A stretch of DNA of 64,000 nt from an uncultured Acidobacteriota bacterium (GCA_963795735.1 CAWCIU010000008.1:1751836-1815835); one strand, 5' to 3'; shown: positions 54,289 through 64,000, counted from the stretch's first letter. Notes: a model not told the origin generated them from the sequence alone. Numbers and translations are program-made.

Positions 54289-56625
54289 TCATTCGCGGCC
54301 CTCCCCCGCATACCGCATCACGATCTCCCCGCCCTCGGCGTCCACGGTGGCGGTACCGCCGTTCTCCAGGGCGCCGAAGAGGAGCTCGTCGGTGAGCGGG
54401 CGCTTGACCGTCTCCTCGATCACGCGGCCGAGGGGGCGGGCGCCGAAGGTGGGGTCGAAGCCCTTCTCGGCGAGCAGCTTGCGGGCGGCTTCGGTGATCT
54501 CCACCCGCACCTTCTTCTCGGCGAGCTGGACGGAGAGCTCGCGGACGAACTTGTCCACGATCTTCTCCATCACCGCCGGCGAGAGAGCGTTGAAGCGCAG
54601 ACGGGCGTCCAGGCGGTTGCGGAACTCGGGGCTGAACAGGCGCTCGACGGCCTTGTCGGCGTCCGTGTCCTTGGCGGTGCGGGTCGGCAGGCCTGTGCCG
54701 TGGTCTCCATGATCGGCGAAGCCCAGCGAGCGGCCCGCCATCTCCCGGGCGCCGACGTTCGAGGTCATCAGCAGGATGACGTGGCGGAAGTCGGTGGGCT
54801 TGCCGTTGGTGTCGGTCAGCGTGCCGTGGTCCATCACCTGGAGGAGGATGTTGAAGATGTCGGGGTGCGCCTTCTCGATCTCGTCGAGCAGCAGCACGGC
54901 GTGCGGGTTCTTGGCCACCGCCTCGGTGAGCAGGCCGCCGCGGTCGTAGCCCACGTAGCCGGGCGGGGCGCCCACCAGGCGGGAGACGGTGTGCGCCTCC
55001 ATATACTCGCTCATGTCGAAGCGCAGGAAGGTGATGCCGAGCACCTCGGCGAGGCGCTTGGCGACCTCGGTCTTGCCGACCCCGGTGGGGCCGGTGAGCA
55101 GGAAGGAGCCGACCGGCTTCTGCCCGTCGCGCAGGCCGGCGCGGGAGACCTTGATCGCCGAGACCAGCCGCTCGATCGCCTCGTCCTGGCCGAACACCGC
55201 CTTGCGCAGCTCCTCCTGGAGCTGGCGGAGCTGCTCCTTGTCGCTCCCCTTGACCCGCCGCGGCGGCACCTGCGCCATGGTGGCGAGCACCTCCTCGAGA
55301 TCCGCTTCGGTGACCTCCGGCGGCCCGGCGTCTTCGCCCTTGCCGCGCAGGGCGACCGCGGCGCCGGCCTCGTCCAGCAGGTCGATCGCCTTGTCGGGCA
55401 GCCGCCGGTCGCGCATGTAGCGGTCGGCGAGCAGGGCGGCGTTGTCGATCGCCTCCTGGCTGTAGGTGACGCCGTGGTGCTTCTCGTAGCGTCCCTTGAG
55501 GCCGAGGAGGATGCGGGTGGTCTCCTCGGCGGAGGGCTCGGTCAGCTCGACCTTCTGGAAGCGGCGGGCGAGCGCCTGGTCGCTGCTGAAGGTCTGGCGG
55601 TACTCCTCCCAGGTGGTGGCGCCGATGCAGCGCAGGGTGCCGTCCTGGAGGGCGGGCTTGAGCAGGTTGGAGGCGTCCATGGTGCCGCGCCCGGCGCTGC
55701 CGGCGCCGACCACGGTGTGGATCTCGTCGATGAACAGCACCGGGCTCTCCTGCCCGGCGAGGGCGGCGAGCACCGCCTTCAGACGGTTCTCGAAGTCGCC
55801 GCGGTAGCGGGTGCCGGCGATCAGCGAGCCCATGTCCAGCCGGTAGACCTTGGTCTGGCGGAAGGGCTCGGGGACGTTGCCCTCGGCGATGCGCAGCGCC
55901 AGCCCCTCGACCAGGGCGGTCTTGCCGACGCCGGGGTCGCCGACGTAGATCGGGTTGTTCTTGCGCCGCCGCTGGAGGATGTGGAGGGTGCGCAGGACCT
56001 CCTTGTCGCGGCCGATCAGCGGATCGATGCCGCCGCGGCGGGCGAGCTCGGTCAGGTCCTGGGTGAAGGCCTTGAGCGGATCGCCCGCCGGGGCGCCGCC
56101 GCGGCGGCCGGGCTCCTCGTCCTCCTCGTCCTCGTCGCCGGCGGGCAGGTGGGAGCCGCCGGTGGAGGAGTCGCCGGTGAAGTAGGGGGGCTGGATGCGG
56201 GAGACGCCGTGGGCGAGGTAGCTCACCACGTCGAGCCGGCTGACCCCCTCGTTCTCGAGCACCAGGATGGCGTAGGAGTCGGGCTCGTCGAACATCGCCA
56301 CCAGCACGTCGGGACCGTTGATCTCCTGCTTGCCGGAGCTGTCGGCGCGGGCGGCGGCCATCGCGAGGACGTGCTGGACGCCGAGGGTGAGGCGCGGCTG
56401 GTGCCCGGCCTTCCCCACCGTCTCGAGCTCCTCGGAGAGGTACTCGGTGAGGCTCTCGCGCACCCGGCCGAGGTCCGCGCCGGCGTGCTGGAGCACCTCG
56501 GCGGTCTCCTCGTCGAAGGTCAGGGCGTAGAGCAGGTGCTCCAGCCCGGCGTATTCATGCCCCATCCGTTCCGCCTCGGCGATGGCGACGGTGAGGGAGA
56601 TCTGCAGGTCGTCGGAGATTTTCAT
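54289..56625 (-). CDS. clpA: ATP-dependent Clp protease ATP-binding subunit ClpA
   Basis: Start MKISDDLQISLTVAIAEAERMGHEY (Clp_N). Two AAA+ modules (GDPGVGKTALVEGLA; LLTGPTGVGKTEVAKRLA). ATGA overlap with clpS. Confidence 0.9.
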   Translation of the reverse strand: MKISDDLQISLTVAIAEAERMGHEYAGLEHLLYALTFDEETAEVLQHAGADLGRVRESLTEYLSEELETVGKAGHQPRLTLGVQHVLAMAAARADSSGKQEINGPDVLVAMFDEPDSYAILVLENEGVSRLDVVSYLAHGVSRIQPPYFTGDSSTGGSHLPAGDEDEEDEEPGRRGGAPAGDPLKAFTQDLTELARRGGIDPLIGRDKEVLRTLHILQRRRKNNPIYVGDPGVGKTALVEGLALRIAEGNVPEPFRQTKVYRLDMGSLIAGTRYRGDFENRLKAVLAALAGQESPVLFIDEIHTVVGAGSAGRGTMDASNLLKPALQDGTLRCIGATTWEEYRQTFSSDQALARRFQKVELTEPSAEETTRILLGLKGRYEKHHGVTYSQEAIDNAALLADRYMRDRRLPDKAIDLLDEAGAAVALRGKGEDAGPPEVTEADLEEVLATMAQVPPRRVKGSDKEQLRQLQEELRKAVFGQDEAIERLVSAIKVSRAGLRDGQKPVGSFLLTGPTGVGKTEVAKRLAEVLGITFLRFDMSEYMEAHTVSRLVGAPPGYVGYDRGGLLTEAVAKNPHAVLLLDEIEKAHPDIFNILLQVMDHGTLTDTNGKPTDFRHVILLMTSNVGAREMAGRSLGFADHGDHGTGLPTRTAKDTDADKAVERLFSPEFRNRLDARLRFNALSPAVMEKIVDKFVRELSVQLAEKKVRVEITEAARKLLAEKGFDPTFGARPLGRVIEETVKRPLTDELLFGALENGGTATVDAEGGEIVMRYAGEGRE

Positions 56626-56966
56626 TCGTCGTCGCTTCCTTCTTCCGCCGGCTCGGTGGTGAGCTTGAGCGGCATGCCCCGGGCGCGGGCCTCGTCGGTG
56701 ACCTCGGCCACCTTGGTCTCGGCCACCTCCCTGGAGTAAACACCGGCGAGGCCGACTCCCTTCCTGTGCACCTGGAGCATGATGTGGGTGGCCTCGGCCG
56801 GCGGCTTGTGGAAGTGGGTCACCAGGACCTCGACGACGAACTCCATGCTGGTGAAGTCGTCGTTGTGGAGCATCACCTTCCACTTGCGCGGACGCCTGGT
56901 CCGGCGCCGCTCCTCGACGCCGAGCTCCTCGTCCCGCTCGGGGTCGTCGTTCCATGCTTGCGCCAT
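56622..56966 (-). CDS. clpS: ATP-dependent Clp protease adaptor ClpS
   Basis: KWKVMLHNDDFTSMEFVVEVLVTHFH is the ClpS core. Confidence 0.85.
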   Translation of the reverse strand: MAQAWNDDPERDEELGVEERRRTRRPRKWKVMLHNDDFTSMEFVVEVLVTHFHKPPAEATHIMLQVHRKGVGLAGVYSREVAETKVAEVTDEARARGMPLKLTTEPAEEGSDDE

Positions 56967-57008
56967 GCCCTAACGGTATGCGGATCGGGATCGTGCCACA
57001 ATCCCCCC

Positions 57009-57389
57009 ATGCCCAAAGACCCCCTGGAGTCTCTCCGCGCGCTCTGCCTGGCCCTGCCGGAGACCACCGAGCGGCTCAGCCATGGCGAGCCGACCTGGTT
57101 CGTGCGCGGCAAGAAGACGTTCGTGATGTACGCCGACCATCACCATGGCGACCGGCTGGCGTTCTGGTGCGCCGCGCCGGACGGAATGCAGGAGGCGCTC
57201 GTCACCTCGGACCCCGAACGGTTCTTCGTGCCCCCCTACGTGGGGCATCGCGGCTGGCTCGGCGTCTATCTGGACCTTCCGGCGGCGCCTCCCGACTGGG
57301 ACCAGATCGCCGAGCTGGTCGTCGAGTCCTACCGCCGGGTCGCCCCCAGGGGCCTGGCGGCCCGGCTGGACGCCGGCGAGCGGGAGTGA
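57009..57389 (+). CDS. MmcQ/YjbR-family DNA-binding protein (putative)
   Basis: LESLRALCLALPETTERLSHGEPTWFVRGKKTFVMYA pattern. Confidence 0.5.
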   Translation: MPKDPLESLRALCLALPETTERLSHGEPTWFVRGKKTFVMYADHHHGDRLAFWCAAPDGMQEALVTSDPERFFVPPYVGHRGWLGVYLDLPAAPPDWDQIAELVVESYRRVAPRGLAARLDAGERE

Positions 57390-57502
57390 CGGCACGCGGG
57401 AGTGACGACAAGCGCGGTGCCGGGATTTCCCGGGCCTCTCCCTTTGTTCCCGCTCCTGACGCCCTTATCCTTACGAGCCATGATCCTGACGAGGTTGAAA
57501 CG

Positions 57503-58072
57503 ATGACCACCCTCTCCCGCGTTTTCCGCTCGCCGCGCCCCGTCCTGGTGGCCACCGCGCTGGCCTCCCTGGTCTTCCTGAGCTGCAAGGACGGCTCGTC
57601 CGCCGGCGAGGCGGCGAACGTAGCGGACGCGGCGGCCCAGACGGCCCCGGCCGCGCCGGCCGGCAAGACCGATTTCGGCTTCCAGTTGCCGACGGTCGAC
57701 GGCCGCAGCCTGGGTCCGAAGAGCTTCCCGGGCCAGGTGGTGGTGGTCGACTTCTGGGCGACCTGGTGCATGCCGTGCCGGTTGCAGGCGCAGATCCTGG
57801 AGCCGGTCTACCGCGATTACAAGGGGCGGGGCGTCCAGTTCCTGGCCGCCAACGTGGGCGAGGAGCCGGACGAGGTGAAGAAGTTCCTCAAGGCCACGCC
57901 CTTCCCCTATCCGGTGCTGCTCGATCCGAAGCAGGCCATCGCCGAGAAGCTCGGCATCGCCGCCCTCCCCACGCTGCTGGTGATCGACAAGAAGGGACGG
58001 ATGTCCTACTTCCAGCCGGGCATCGCCGACGGCGACACCCTGCGGGAGATCCTCAAGAAGGCGGGGGCGTAG
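57503..58072 (+). CDS. TlpA-family thiol-disulfide oxidoreductase (thioredoxin fold), periplasmic
   Basis: Signal peptide. VVVDFWATWCMPCRLQ (CxxC). LPTLLVIDKKG. Confidence 0.8.
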   Translation: MTTLSRVFRSPRPVLVATALASLVFLSCKDGSSAGEAANVADAAAQTAPAAPAGKTDFGFQLPTVDGRSLGPKSFPGQVVVVDFWATWCMPCRLQAQILEPVYRDYKGRGVQFLAANVGEEPDEVKKFLKATPFPYPVLLDPKQAIAEKLGIAALPTLLVIDKKGRMSYFQPGIADGDTLREILKKAGA

Positions 58073-58109
58073 GGGCGACCCGCCTGGAGGCCGCCCCTGC
58101 TCGGGGTCC

Positions 58110-58718
58110 CTACTGCAGCACCACCAGCACGACGCGGCGGTTCTGGGCGCGCCCCTCGCGGGTCTTGTTGTCCGCGACGGGCTGGGTCTCGCCGTAGGAG
58201 ATGACGTTGATGCGGTGGAGCGGGAAGCTGTGCTTCTGGTTGAGGTAGCGGCGGACGGACTCGGCCCGCAGCAGCCCCAGCTCCTCGTTGTACTTCGCCG
58301 AGCCGACGTTGTCGGTGTGGCCCTGGATCTCGACGTAGACGTTCTTGTTGTCCTGCGCGATCTTGTTGGCGAAGTCGTCGAGCGCGCCCTGGGCCTCGGG
58401 GGAGAGGTCGTGGGTGTCGAAGCCGAACTTGACCTTCTCGTCGGTCAGCACGGTCTCGTAGAGGAACTTCCCCTCGGCCAGCTTGCCCGCCTCCTGGGCG
58501 CGGCGCAGCGCGTCCTGGGCGGTCTGCGAGACCTCGCCGATCCGCTTCTCATGGGTGTCGAGGCGGGTCTGCGCCTTCTCGACCTGCCCCTGCACGTCGT
58601 CGACGCGGGTGTTGACCGCTCCGGTCTCCTGCTTGACGTATTTCTTGGTCGCGCAGCCGGTGGTGCCCGCGAGGGCGGCGGCCAGCGATACGACGACGAT
58701 CCACGGTTGAGCTTTCAT
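58110..58718 (-). CDS. OmpA-family lipoprotein with coiled-coil linker
   Basis: Lipobox LAGTTGC. C-terminal OmpA_C motifs IQGHTDNVGSAKYNEELGLLRAESV...NRRVVL. Confidence 0.8.
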   Translation of the reverse strand: MKAQPWIVVVSLAAALAGTTGCATKKYVKQETGAVNTRVDDVQGQVEKAQTRLDTHEKRIGEVSQTAQDALRRAQEAGKLAEGKFLYETVLTDEKVKFGFDTHDLSPEAQGALDDFANKIAQDNKNVYVEIQGHTDNVGSAKYNEELGLLRAESVRRYLNQKHSFPLHRINVISYGETQPVADNKTREGRAQNRRVVLVVLQ

Positions 58719-58779
58719 GGGTTGTCCTCCCTTTGGGACGGGGGGGCGTTCCTCCAGCGGGAACGGCCCCGGGGTTCGG

Positions 58780-59766
58780 TCAGCCGCCCGCGCGGGGTTC
58801 CGCGGGCGGGCTTCCCTTGTATCCCCGCCGGAAGACGACGCTCCGGCGGTCTCGGCTCTTCTTGACGTCGACGGTGAGGGAATGGAACTTCACGGGCCCG
58901 TCGCCGGTCGAGAACCCCAGCACGTACTGGTGCCGGACGTCGTCGAGGATCTCCGACAACGCCTTTTGCAGGTCCTCGTGCCGGTTGATGGGATAGTAGC
59001 GCCCGCCGGTCACGGCGGCGAGCAGGCTTAAGACGTCCGCGTAGCGGTAGATCTTCTTTCCCTGTTGATCGAGCTCATAGGGGTTGCCGGCGTCGAGCCC
59101 CAGCACGTAGGTGGGGAGGTGGGCCTCCTGAACGATGGCCCGCGCGGCTTCGGGAGTGAGGTGGCTCGCGTTGTCGACGCCGTCGGTGATCAGGAGGGCG
59201 AACCGCTTGGGGTTGCGCCCCTCGAGCGAGATCTGGGGCATGCGGGCCACCGCGTCGTGGAGCGCGGTGGTGCCGTAGGCCCGCCAGCGGTCGCTCGCCT
59301 CGCGCAGCGCCGCCTGGTTCTGGGTGAACGGGACCTCGATGTCGAACAGGTCGCTGGCGAAGGTGGCGATGGCGAACTCGTCGCCGGGGAGCGCCTTGTC
59401 GAGGAAGAAGCGCAGCGCCTCCTGGCTCTCCGCCAGCTTGCCGCCGTTGGCCATGCTCCCCGAGAGGTCCTGCAGGAGGACGATGCTGGCGGGCGCGTCG
59501 CTCCGGCGCTCGAAGCTCTCGATGGCGACCGGCCTGCCCTCGACCCGGAGCTGGAAGTCGTTCTTGTCCAGGTTCTTGGCGAACCCCGCGCCGGCGCGGA
59601 CGACCACCGGCACGAGCACGAAGCCGACCGAGACCGCGTCCTCGAACGCCGGGGTCGGCGGCGGCTCCTTCGGTGGCGCCGCCTGGGGAAGGGCGCTTCC
59701 CGGCCCGGCCGCCAGGAGACCCGCCGCCAGCGCCAGGGCCGCCGCGAGGCGTGGTGCTACTCTCAT
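58780..59766 (-). CDS. VWA-domain protein (secreted)
   Basis: Signal peptide MRVAPRLAAALALAAGLLAAG. MIDAS-like LLQDLSGSM...FALLITDGVDNAS. Confidence 0.7.
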   Translation of the reverse strand: MRVAPRLAAALALAAGLLAAGPGSALPQAAPPKEPPPTPAFEDAVSVGFVLVPVVVRAGAGFAKNLDKNDFQLRVEGRPVAIESFERRSDAPASIVLLQDLSGSMANGGKLAESQEALRFFLDKALPGDEFAIATFASDLFDIEVPFTQNQAALREASDRWRAYGTTALHDAVARMPQISLEGRNPKRFALLITDGVDNASHLTPEAARAIVQEAHLPTYVLGLDAGNPYELDQQGKKIYRYADVLSLLAAVTGGRYYPINRHEDLQKALSEILDDVRHQYVLGFSTGDGPVKFHSLTVDVKKSRDRRSVVFRRGYKGSPPAEPRAGG

Positions 59767-59839
59767 CGGGCGGCCTAAAGGTGCAAGAGGTGGGCCACCA
59801 TGGGAAGATCGCTTCCCGGAGGAAGTCCGGAAGGAGGTC

Positions 59840-60103
59840 ATGATGAACGACGACAAGATCAACATCCGCAACATCTCAATCAAGTGTGGCAACTGCAACA
59901 CTTACCAGACGCTCCTGCGCTACGAGCGGCGGGACGAGTGGAACGTCTATACCTACGAGTGCGAGAACGGCACCTGCGATCCCGGCGTCACCCGGACCCT
60001 CGTCGAGGTGCCGGCCGATCTGGACGTCTTCGCCCGCCGCGATCCGGGCTGGCGGGGGGGCGGCAAGCACGGCGAGATCGGGACCGGAGGCGAGGAGAGC
60101 TGA
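59840..60103 (+). CDS. small zinc-ribbon-like hypothetical protein
   Basis: RBS aaggagg plus ATGATG. CGNCNTYQT...YECENGTC gives a CxxC...CxxxxC arrangement. Confidence 0.45.
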   Translation: MMNDDKINIRNISIKCGNCNTYQTLLRYERRDEWNVYTYECENGTCDPGVTRTLVEVPADLDVFARRDPGWRGGGKHGEIGTGGEES

Positions 60104-60248
60104 GTTGCGGGGTGGCGTGCCATCCATCACATAGCGACTCTACTATATTTTGGCACGCCAAGATGGCACGCCGTGTGCTAATCTCCGGCCCGTCGCGGGT
60201 TTCAGCTCCTTCGCTTCGTCCTTCAACCGTCTTTCTCGTGAGGGCACC

Positions 60249-61310
60249 ATGAAAAAGATCGTCCACGTCGTGGGCACGGGCACGATTGGGGAGCCCCTGC
60301 TCGGTCTCTTCGCCGATTTCCGGGACAAGATGGGGATCGATGAGGTCACCTTCCACAAGCGGACGCCGCTGGCGTCCGACCGGGCCAAGCTGAACCACCT
60401 GATCCAGCGCGGCGCCAAGCTGGCCGTGGACGAGGACGTCCGTCCGGAGTTCGAGAAGCTGGGTCACGAGGTGAGCTTCGAGTCGCGCGAGGCGATGGAG
60501 CGGGCGACGGTGATCATCGACTGCACCCCGGCGGGAAACGAGAACAAGGAGAAGTATTACGAGAACCTGACCGGTCCCAAGGGGTTCCTCGCCCAGGGGA
60601 GCGAGTTCGGCTTCGGCAAGCCCTACGCCCGCGGCATCAACGACGAGGTGCTGGTGCCCGGCGAGGACCGCTTCCTCCAGATCGTCTCCTGCAACACCCA
60701 CAACATCACCACCCTGATCAAGACGATCGCCCACCAGGACGGCGCCTACGGCCTGAAGAAGGGGACCTTCGTCTGCATGCGGCGGTCGAACGACATCTCG
60801 CAGGCGGACAGCTTCGTGCCGGCCCCGAACGTCGGCAGGCACGAGGACCCCGAGTTCGGCACCCACCACGCGCGCGACGCCCACCACGTGTTCGAGACCT
60901 TGAACCTCGACCTCAACCTCTTCTCGAGCACGGTGAAGCTCAACACCCAGTACATGCACTCGATCTGGTTCAACCTCGAGCTCGAGCGCGACATCACGGC
61001 CGAGGAGGTCAAGCAGCGGCTGCGGAACAACCCGCTGGTGGCGGTGACCGACAAGCGCTACGCCAACCTGATCTTCAGCTTCGGCCGCGACCACGGCTAC
61101 TACGGGCGCATCCTGTCGCAGACGGTGGCGGTGATGCCGACGATCGCCGTGCGGCGCAAGCGCGAGGTCTACGGCTTCTGCTTCACGCCCCAGGACGGCA
61201 ACTCGCTGCTCTCCTCGGTGGCGGCGACGCTCTGGCTCATCGAGCCGGAGTGGGAGAGCGTGCGCAACCGCATCCAGCCGATCCGCCGCTGGCTGTACCG
61301 GGAGATCTGA
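60249..61310 (+). CDS. type II (archaeal-type) glyceraldehyde-3-phosphate dehydrogenase-like NAD(P)-dependent dehydrogenase
   Basis: GTGTIGEPL (Rossmann). VIIDCTPAGNENKEKYYE and VSCNTHNITTL resemble type II GAPDH IVIDCTPEG / VSCNTTGL. Confidence 0.5.
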   Translation: MKKIVHVVGTGTIGEPLLGLFADFRDKMGIDEVTFHKRTPLASDRAKLNHLIQRGAKLAVDEDVRPEFEKLGHEVSFESREAMERATVIIDCTPAGNENKEKYYENLTGPKGFLAQGSEFGFGKPYARGINDEVLVPGEDRFLQIVSCNTHNITTLIKTIAHQDGAYGLKKGTFVCMRRSNDISQADSFVPAPNVGRHEDPEFGTHHARDAHHVFETLNLDLNLFSSTVKLNTQYMHSIWFNLELERDITAEEVKQRLRNNPLVAVTDKRYANLIFSFGRDHGYYGRILSQTVAVMPTIAVRRKREVYGFCFTPQDGNSLLSSVAATLWLIEPEWESVRNRIQPIRRWLYREI

Positions 61311-61339
61311 GCGGGTTCGACCTTTGAGCCCGCCGCCGG

Positions 61340-62221
61340 TTGAGTCCGGGCGGCGGGCCTGCGATCCTCTCCAGCATGTCCAGCCTGCGACCCGTCGAGC
61401 TGCGTTTCGGTGACCTCCGCATCGAGGGGTGGTCGCGCGCCGGCGACGACAACTGGTTCCGCGTCCACCCCCCGGGGCTGGCGTTCGACGTCGGGCGGGG
61501 GGCGCTGCAGCTCGCCGGGGCGCAGGACGTCTTCCTCAGCCACGGGCATCTCGATCACGCGCTGGGGCTGCCGTACGTCCTCTCCCAGCGCTCGCTCCAC
61601 CGGCTGGTCCACACCCGGGTCTACTGCCCGGCGGAGATCGCCGAGGCGCTGGGAGCGTTCATCGCCGCCGCGGAGCGCCTGGAACGGGCGAAGTACCGGT
61701 ACGATGTCGTGCCGCTCTCCCCCGGCGACCGGGTGCCGGTGGGGAAGGGGCTGACGGTGGAGGCCTTCGCCACGGACCACGTGGTGCCGAGCCTGGGCTA
61801 CCACCTCTGGCGCCGCCGGCACCATCTGGCGGCGGCCTACGCGGGGCTCGCCGCCGCCGAGCTGATCGGCCTGCGCGAGCGCGGGGTGGAGATCGCCGAG
61901 ACCGTCGAGGACCTCTGGCTCTCCTACTGCGGAGACACGGGTCCGCGGATCTTCGAGCTGGAGCCGCGGCTCTTCCGCAGCCAGGTGCTGATGGTGGAGT
62001 GCACCTTCCTCGGCGAGGAGCACCGGGACAAGGGGGAGCGCTTCAAGCATCTCCACCTGGGGGACATCGCCCGCTGGGCGGACGAGCTGGAGAACGAGGC
62101 GATCGTGCTGCACCATCTGTCGCGCCGGTTCCGTGTCGAGGACCTGCGGGCCGAGGTCGAGCGGCGGATGCCGGCGCTGGCGCCGCGGATCCATATCCTG
62201 GTGGAGGGAAAAGAAGGATGA
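61340..62221 (+). CDS. MBL-fold metallo-hydrolase (RNase Z-like)
   Basis: HGHLDH motif and downstream His/Asp ligands. ~290 aa. Start could be the internal Met at 61376. Confidence 0.6.
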   Translation: MSPGGGPAILSSMSSLRPVELRFGDLRIEGWSRAGDDNWFRVHPPGLAFDVGRGALQLAGAQDVFLSHGHLDHALGLPYVLSQRSLHRLVHTRVYCPAEIAEALGAFIAAAERLERAKYRYDVVPLSPGDRVPVGKGLTVEAFATDHVVPSLGYHLWRRRHHLAAAYAGLAAAELIGLRERGVEIAETVEDLWLSYCGDTGPRIFELEPRLFRSQVLMVECTFLGEEHRDKGERFKHLHLGDIARWADELENEAIVLHHLSRRFRVEDLRAEVERRMPALAPRIHILVEGKEG

Positions 62222-64000
62222 GAGGACCACAGGGCGGGCGGGGGCCGGGCGGAGCGCGAGGCCCGGGCGGCGGACGCGGACCCGGCGGACCGGGCGGACC
62301 CGGCAGGCCCGGACCTCGCGGCCCCGGAGCCGGAGACCGGCCCGGAGACCGGCCTGGAGGACCCCGGCGGCCTCCCGCGGACCGGGGAGGCCGGGAGCGG
62401 CCCGGCGGCGGAGCGGCCGCTGATCGCCGTCCGCCGGGTCCGCCGCGGGGAGGAGAGGACCGCCGCCCGCCGTTCGCCAGGCGAGAGGGAAGGCCGGGAG
62501 AGGATCGCCGGCCGCCCGGTCCGCCGCGGGATCGGGACAATCGGGAGCGGGACAATCGCCGCCCTCCCTATCCTCCCAGGGAAGGGGCCGCCCGCCGTCC
62601 GCCCCCGCCGCCGCGCTTCCGGGACGACCGCCGGGGGCCGCCCGCCGGTTCGGGGCAATCCGGCCGCCCGGGGCAACCGGACCGCCCGGGGCAACCGGAC
62701 GACCGCCGCGGTCCCAGGTGGCCGCGGACGGCCGACGAGCGCCGGGTGCCGCCGCGGCGCGAAGCCCTGGAGCGCGCCGAGAAGGTCCTGGAGGGAGGGC
62801 CTCCCCCCGCGCCGCCGGCTCCGGCCGCGCCGCCTCCCGGCGCCCGGCTGGTCGACGTGACGGAGATCGAGACGCGGATCGAGAAGCTGGTGGCGGGGGG
62901 CGACGGGCTCGCCCGCTTCCAGGGGGTGCCGGTGTTCATTCCGCGCTCGGCGCCGGGAGACCTGGTGCGGGCGCGGATCGTCGAGCGCAAGCCGGACTAT
63001 GGCCGGGCGGAGATCGTCCAGGTCCTCGAGCCGGGGCCGGGGCGCCGGCCCGATCCGGCGCCGGAGCTGTCGCGCTCCGGCATCTGCGACCTCCAGCACC
63101 TGGAGGACGACGCCCAGACGCGCCTCAAGGTCCAGGCGGTGCGCGAGACGCTCGAGCATCTGGCCCACGTGGTGGTCCCGCCTGACGTCGAGGTGATCAA
63201 GGGGGAGCCCTGGGGCTACCGGCTGCGCACCCAGGTCCATACCGAGGTCGATCCGGTGACCGGAGGGGTGCGGGTGGGCTACCACGCCCGCGGGACCAAC
63301 GAGGTGATCGCCGTCTCCGGCTGCCCGCTGCTGGTGCCGGAGCTGGAGGCGCTGCTGCGCGAGCTGCCGGCGCACCTGGGGGCGGACGCGCCGCAACGGA
63401 TCGACATGGCGGCCGGGGACGACGGCGCGGTTACCGTGGCGCCGGTCATCGCCGGGCTGCCGCACGGCGAGGTGTCGACCAAGGTCGGGGAGATCACCTA
63501 CGCCTACGACGCCCGCGGCTTCTTCCAGTCCCACCGCGGGCTGCTGCCGCGGCTGGTGGAGGCCACGGTCGGCGCCTGGACGGGAGGGACGGCGGTCGAT
63601 CTCTACGCGGGGGTCGGATTGTTCAGCCTGCCCCTCGCCCGGCACTACCAGAGCGTGACCGCGGTCGAGTCCGACCAGATCGGCTCGCGCTACGCCCGGC
63701 TCAACGTGCGGAGGAACCAGACGGCCAACGTCGAGGTGGTGAACCAGGTGGTCGAGAGCTGGGTGAAGGGGATGCCCCGGGACCTGGACCGCGTGGTGGT
63801 CGATCCGCCGCGGGGCGGCCTCTCGCGCGAGGTGCGCCAGGCCCTGCTCGCCCGCCCGCCCGTCCGCCTGACCTACGTCTCCTGCCACCCCGCCGCCCTG
63901 GCCCGCGACCTGCGCCAGCTCCTGCCCACCTACCGGATCGAGAGCTTCCTCTTCTTCGACCTCTTCCCGCAGACCGGGCACATGGAGGTGGTGGTGCAGA
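62218..64000 (+). CDS. RumA/RlmD-family 23S rRNA (uracil-5)-methyltransferase with TRAM domain, preceded by ~190-aa RGG/Pro-rich N-terminal region; 3'-truncated at window end
   Basis: ATGA overlap with the upstream gene. TRAM domain: LVDVTEIETRIEKLVAGGDGLARFQGVPVFIPRSAPGDLVRARIVERKPDYGRAEIV. SAM-MTase motifs VDLYAGVGLFSLPLA and VSCHPAALARDL (catalytic Cys). Not in the ORF track because no stop occurs within the window. Confidence 0.75.
   Translation, partial: MRGPQGGRGPGGARGPGGGRGPGGPGGPGRPGPRGPGAGDRPGDRPGGPRRPPADRGGRERPGGGAAADRRPPGPPRGGEDRRPPFARREGRPGEDRRPPGPPRDRDNRERDNRRPPYPPREGAARRPPPPPRFRDDRRGPPAGSGQSGRPGQPDRPGQPDDRRGPRWPRTADERRVPPRREALERAEKVLEGGPPPAPPAPAAPPPGARLVDVTEIETRIEKLVAGGDGLARFQGVPVFIPRSAPGDLVRARIVERKPDYGRAEIVQVLEPGPGRRPDPAPELSRSGICDLQHLEDDAQTRLKVQAVRETLEHLAHVVVPPDVEVIKGEPWGYRLRTQVHTEVDPVTGGVRVGYHARGTNEVIAVSGCPLLVPELEALLRELPAHLGADAPQRIDMAAGDDGAVTVAPVIAGLPHGEVSTKVGEITYAYDARGFFQSHRGLLPRLVEATVGAWTGGTAVDLYAGVGLFSLPLARHYQSVTAVESDQIGSRYARLNVRRNQTANVEVVNQVVESWVKGMPRDLDRVVVDPPRGGLSREVRQALLARPPVRLTYVSCHPAALARDLRQLLPTYRIESFLFFDLFPQTGHMEVVVQ

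Overview
High-GC (roughly 68-72%) bacterial chromosomal segment. It is densely packed with housekeeping and envelope genes: LigD-Ku NHEJ pair, ClpS-ClpA, FdhD, ABC-2 exporter, PhoH/PIN ATPase, LOG-family protein, aldo/keto reductase, glycosyltransferase, a RumA-like RNA methyltransferase and others. Four things stand out. (1) A ~10.7 kb lower-GC island (about 39.3-50.1 kb) carries four translationally coupled genes: a C5 cytosine methyltransferase, two unknown proteins and a 1844-aa DEXH-helicase/DUF1998 protein. This architecture is consistent with a Druantia type II-like anti-phage system (DruM-DruF-DruG-DruE). It sits next to two type II toxin-antitoxin pairs. (2) A dispersed family of ~65-bp hairpin-containing miniature inverted-repeat (MITE/RPE-like) elements has at least 11 copies. 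One pair is inserted in-frame inside a MrfA-like helicase gene, where it encodes the linker to a fused 3'-5' exonuclease domain. One pair brackets a DUF559 endonuclease gene, one pair brackets a 60-bp palindromic element, and two pairs are empty. (3) Two adjacent small genes encode bacteriocin/RiPP-like precursors (conserved leader MKxxKKLTLHRETL..LTD, possible GG cleavage site, Cys-rich cores). One has an in-frame TAG in the leader. Two more Sec-dependent small Cys-rich peptide genes lie elsewhere. (4) Two unusual 21-bp-periodic repeat arrays occur: 9 tandem units at 38.17-38.36 kb, and a ~500-bp inverted pair of arrays at 51.23-51.76 kb. A 1148-aa SF1 helicase-PLD nuclease fusion (Mokosh type II-like) is also present. 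No rRNA, tRNA or CRISPR arrays were recognised. Many long overlapping ORFs in the six-frame track are high-GC artefacts and were not called.
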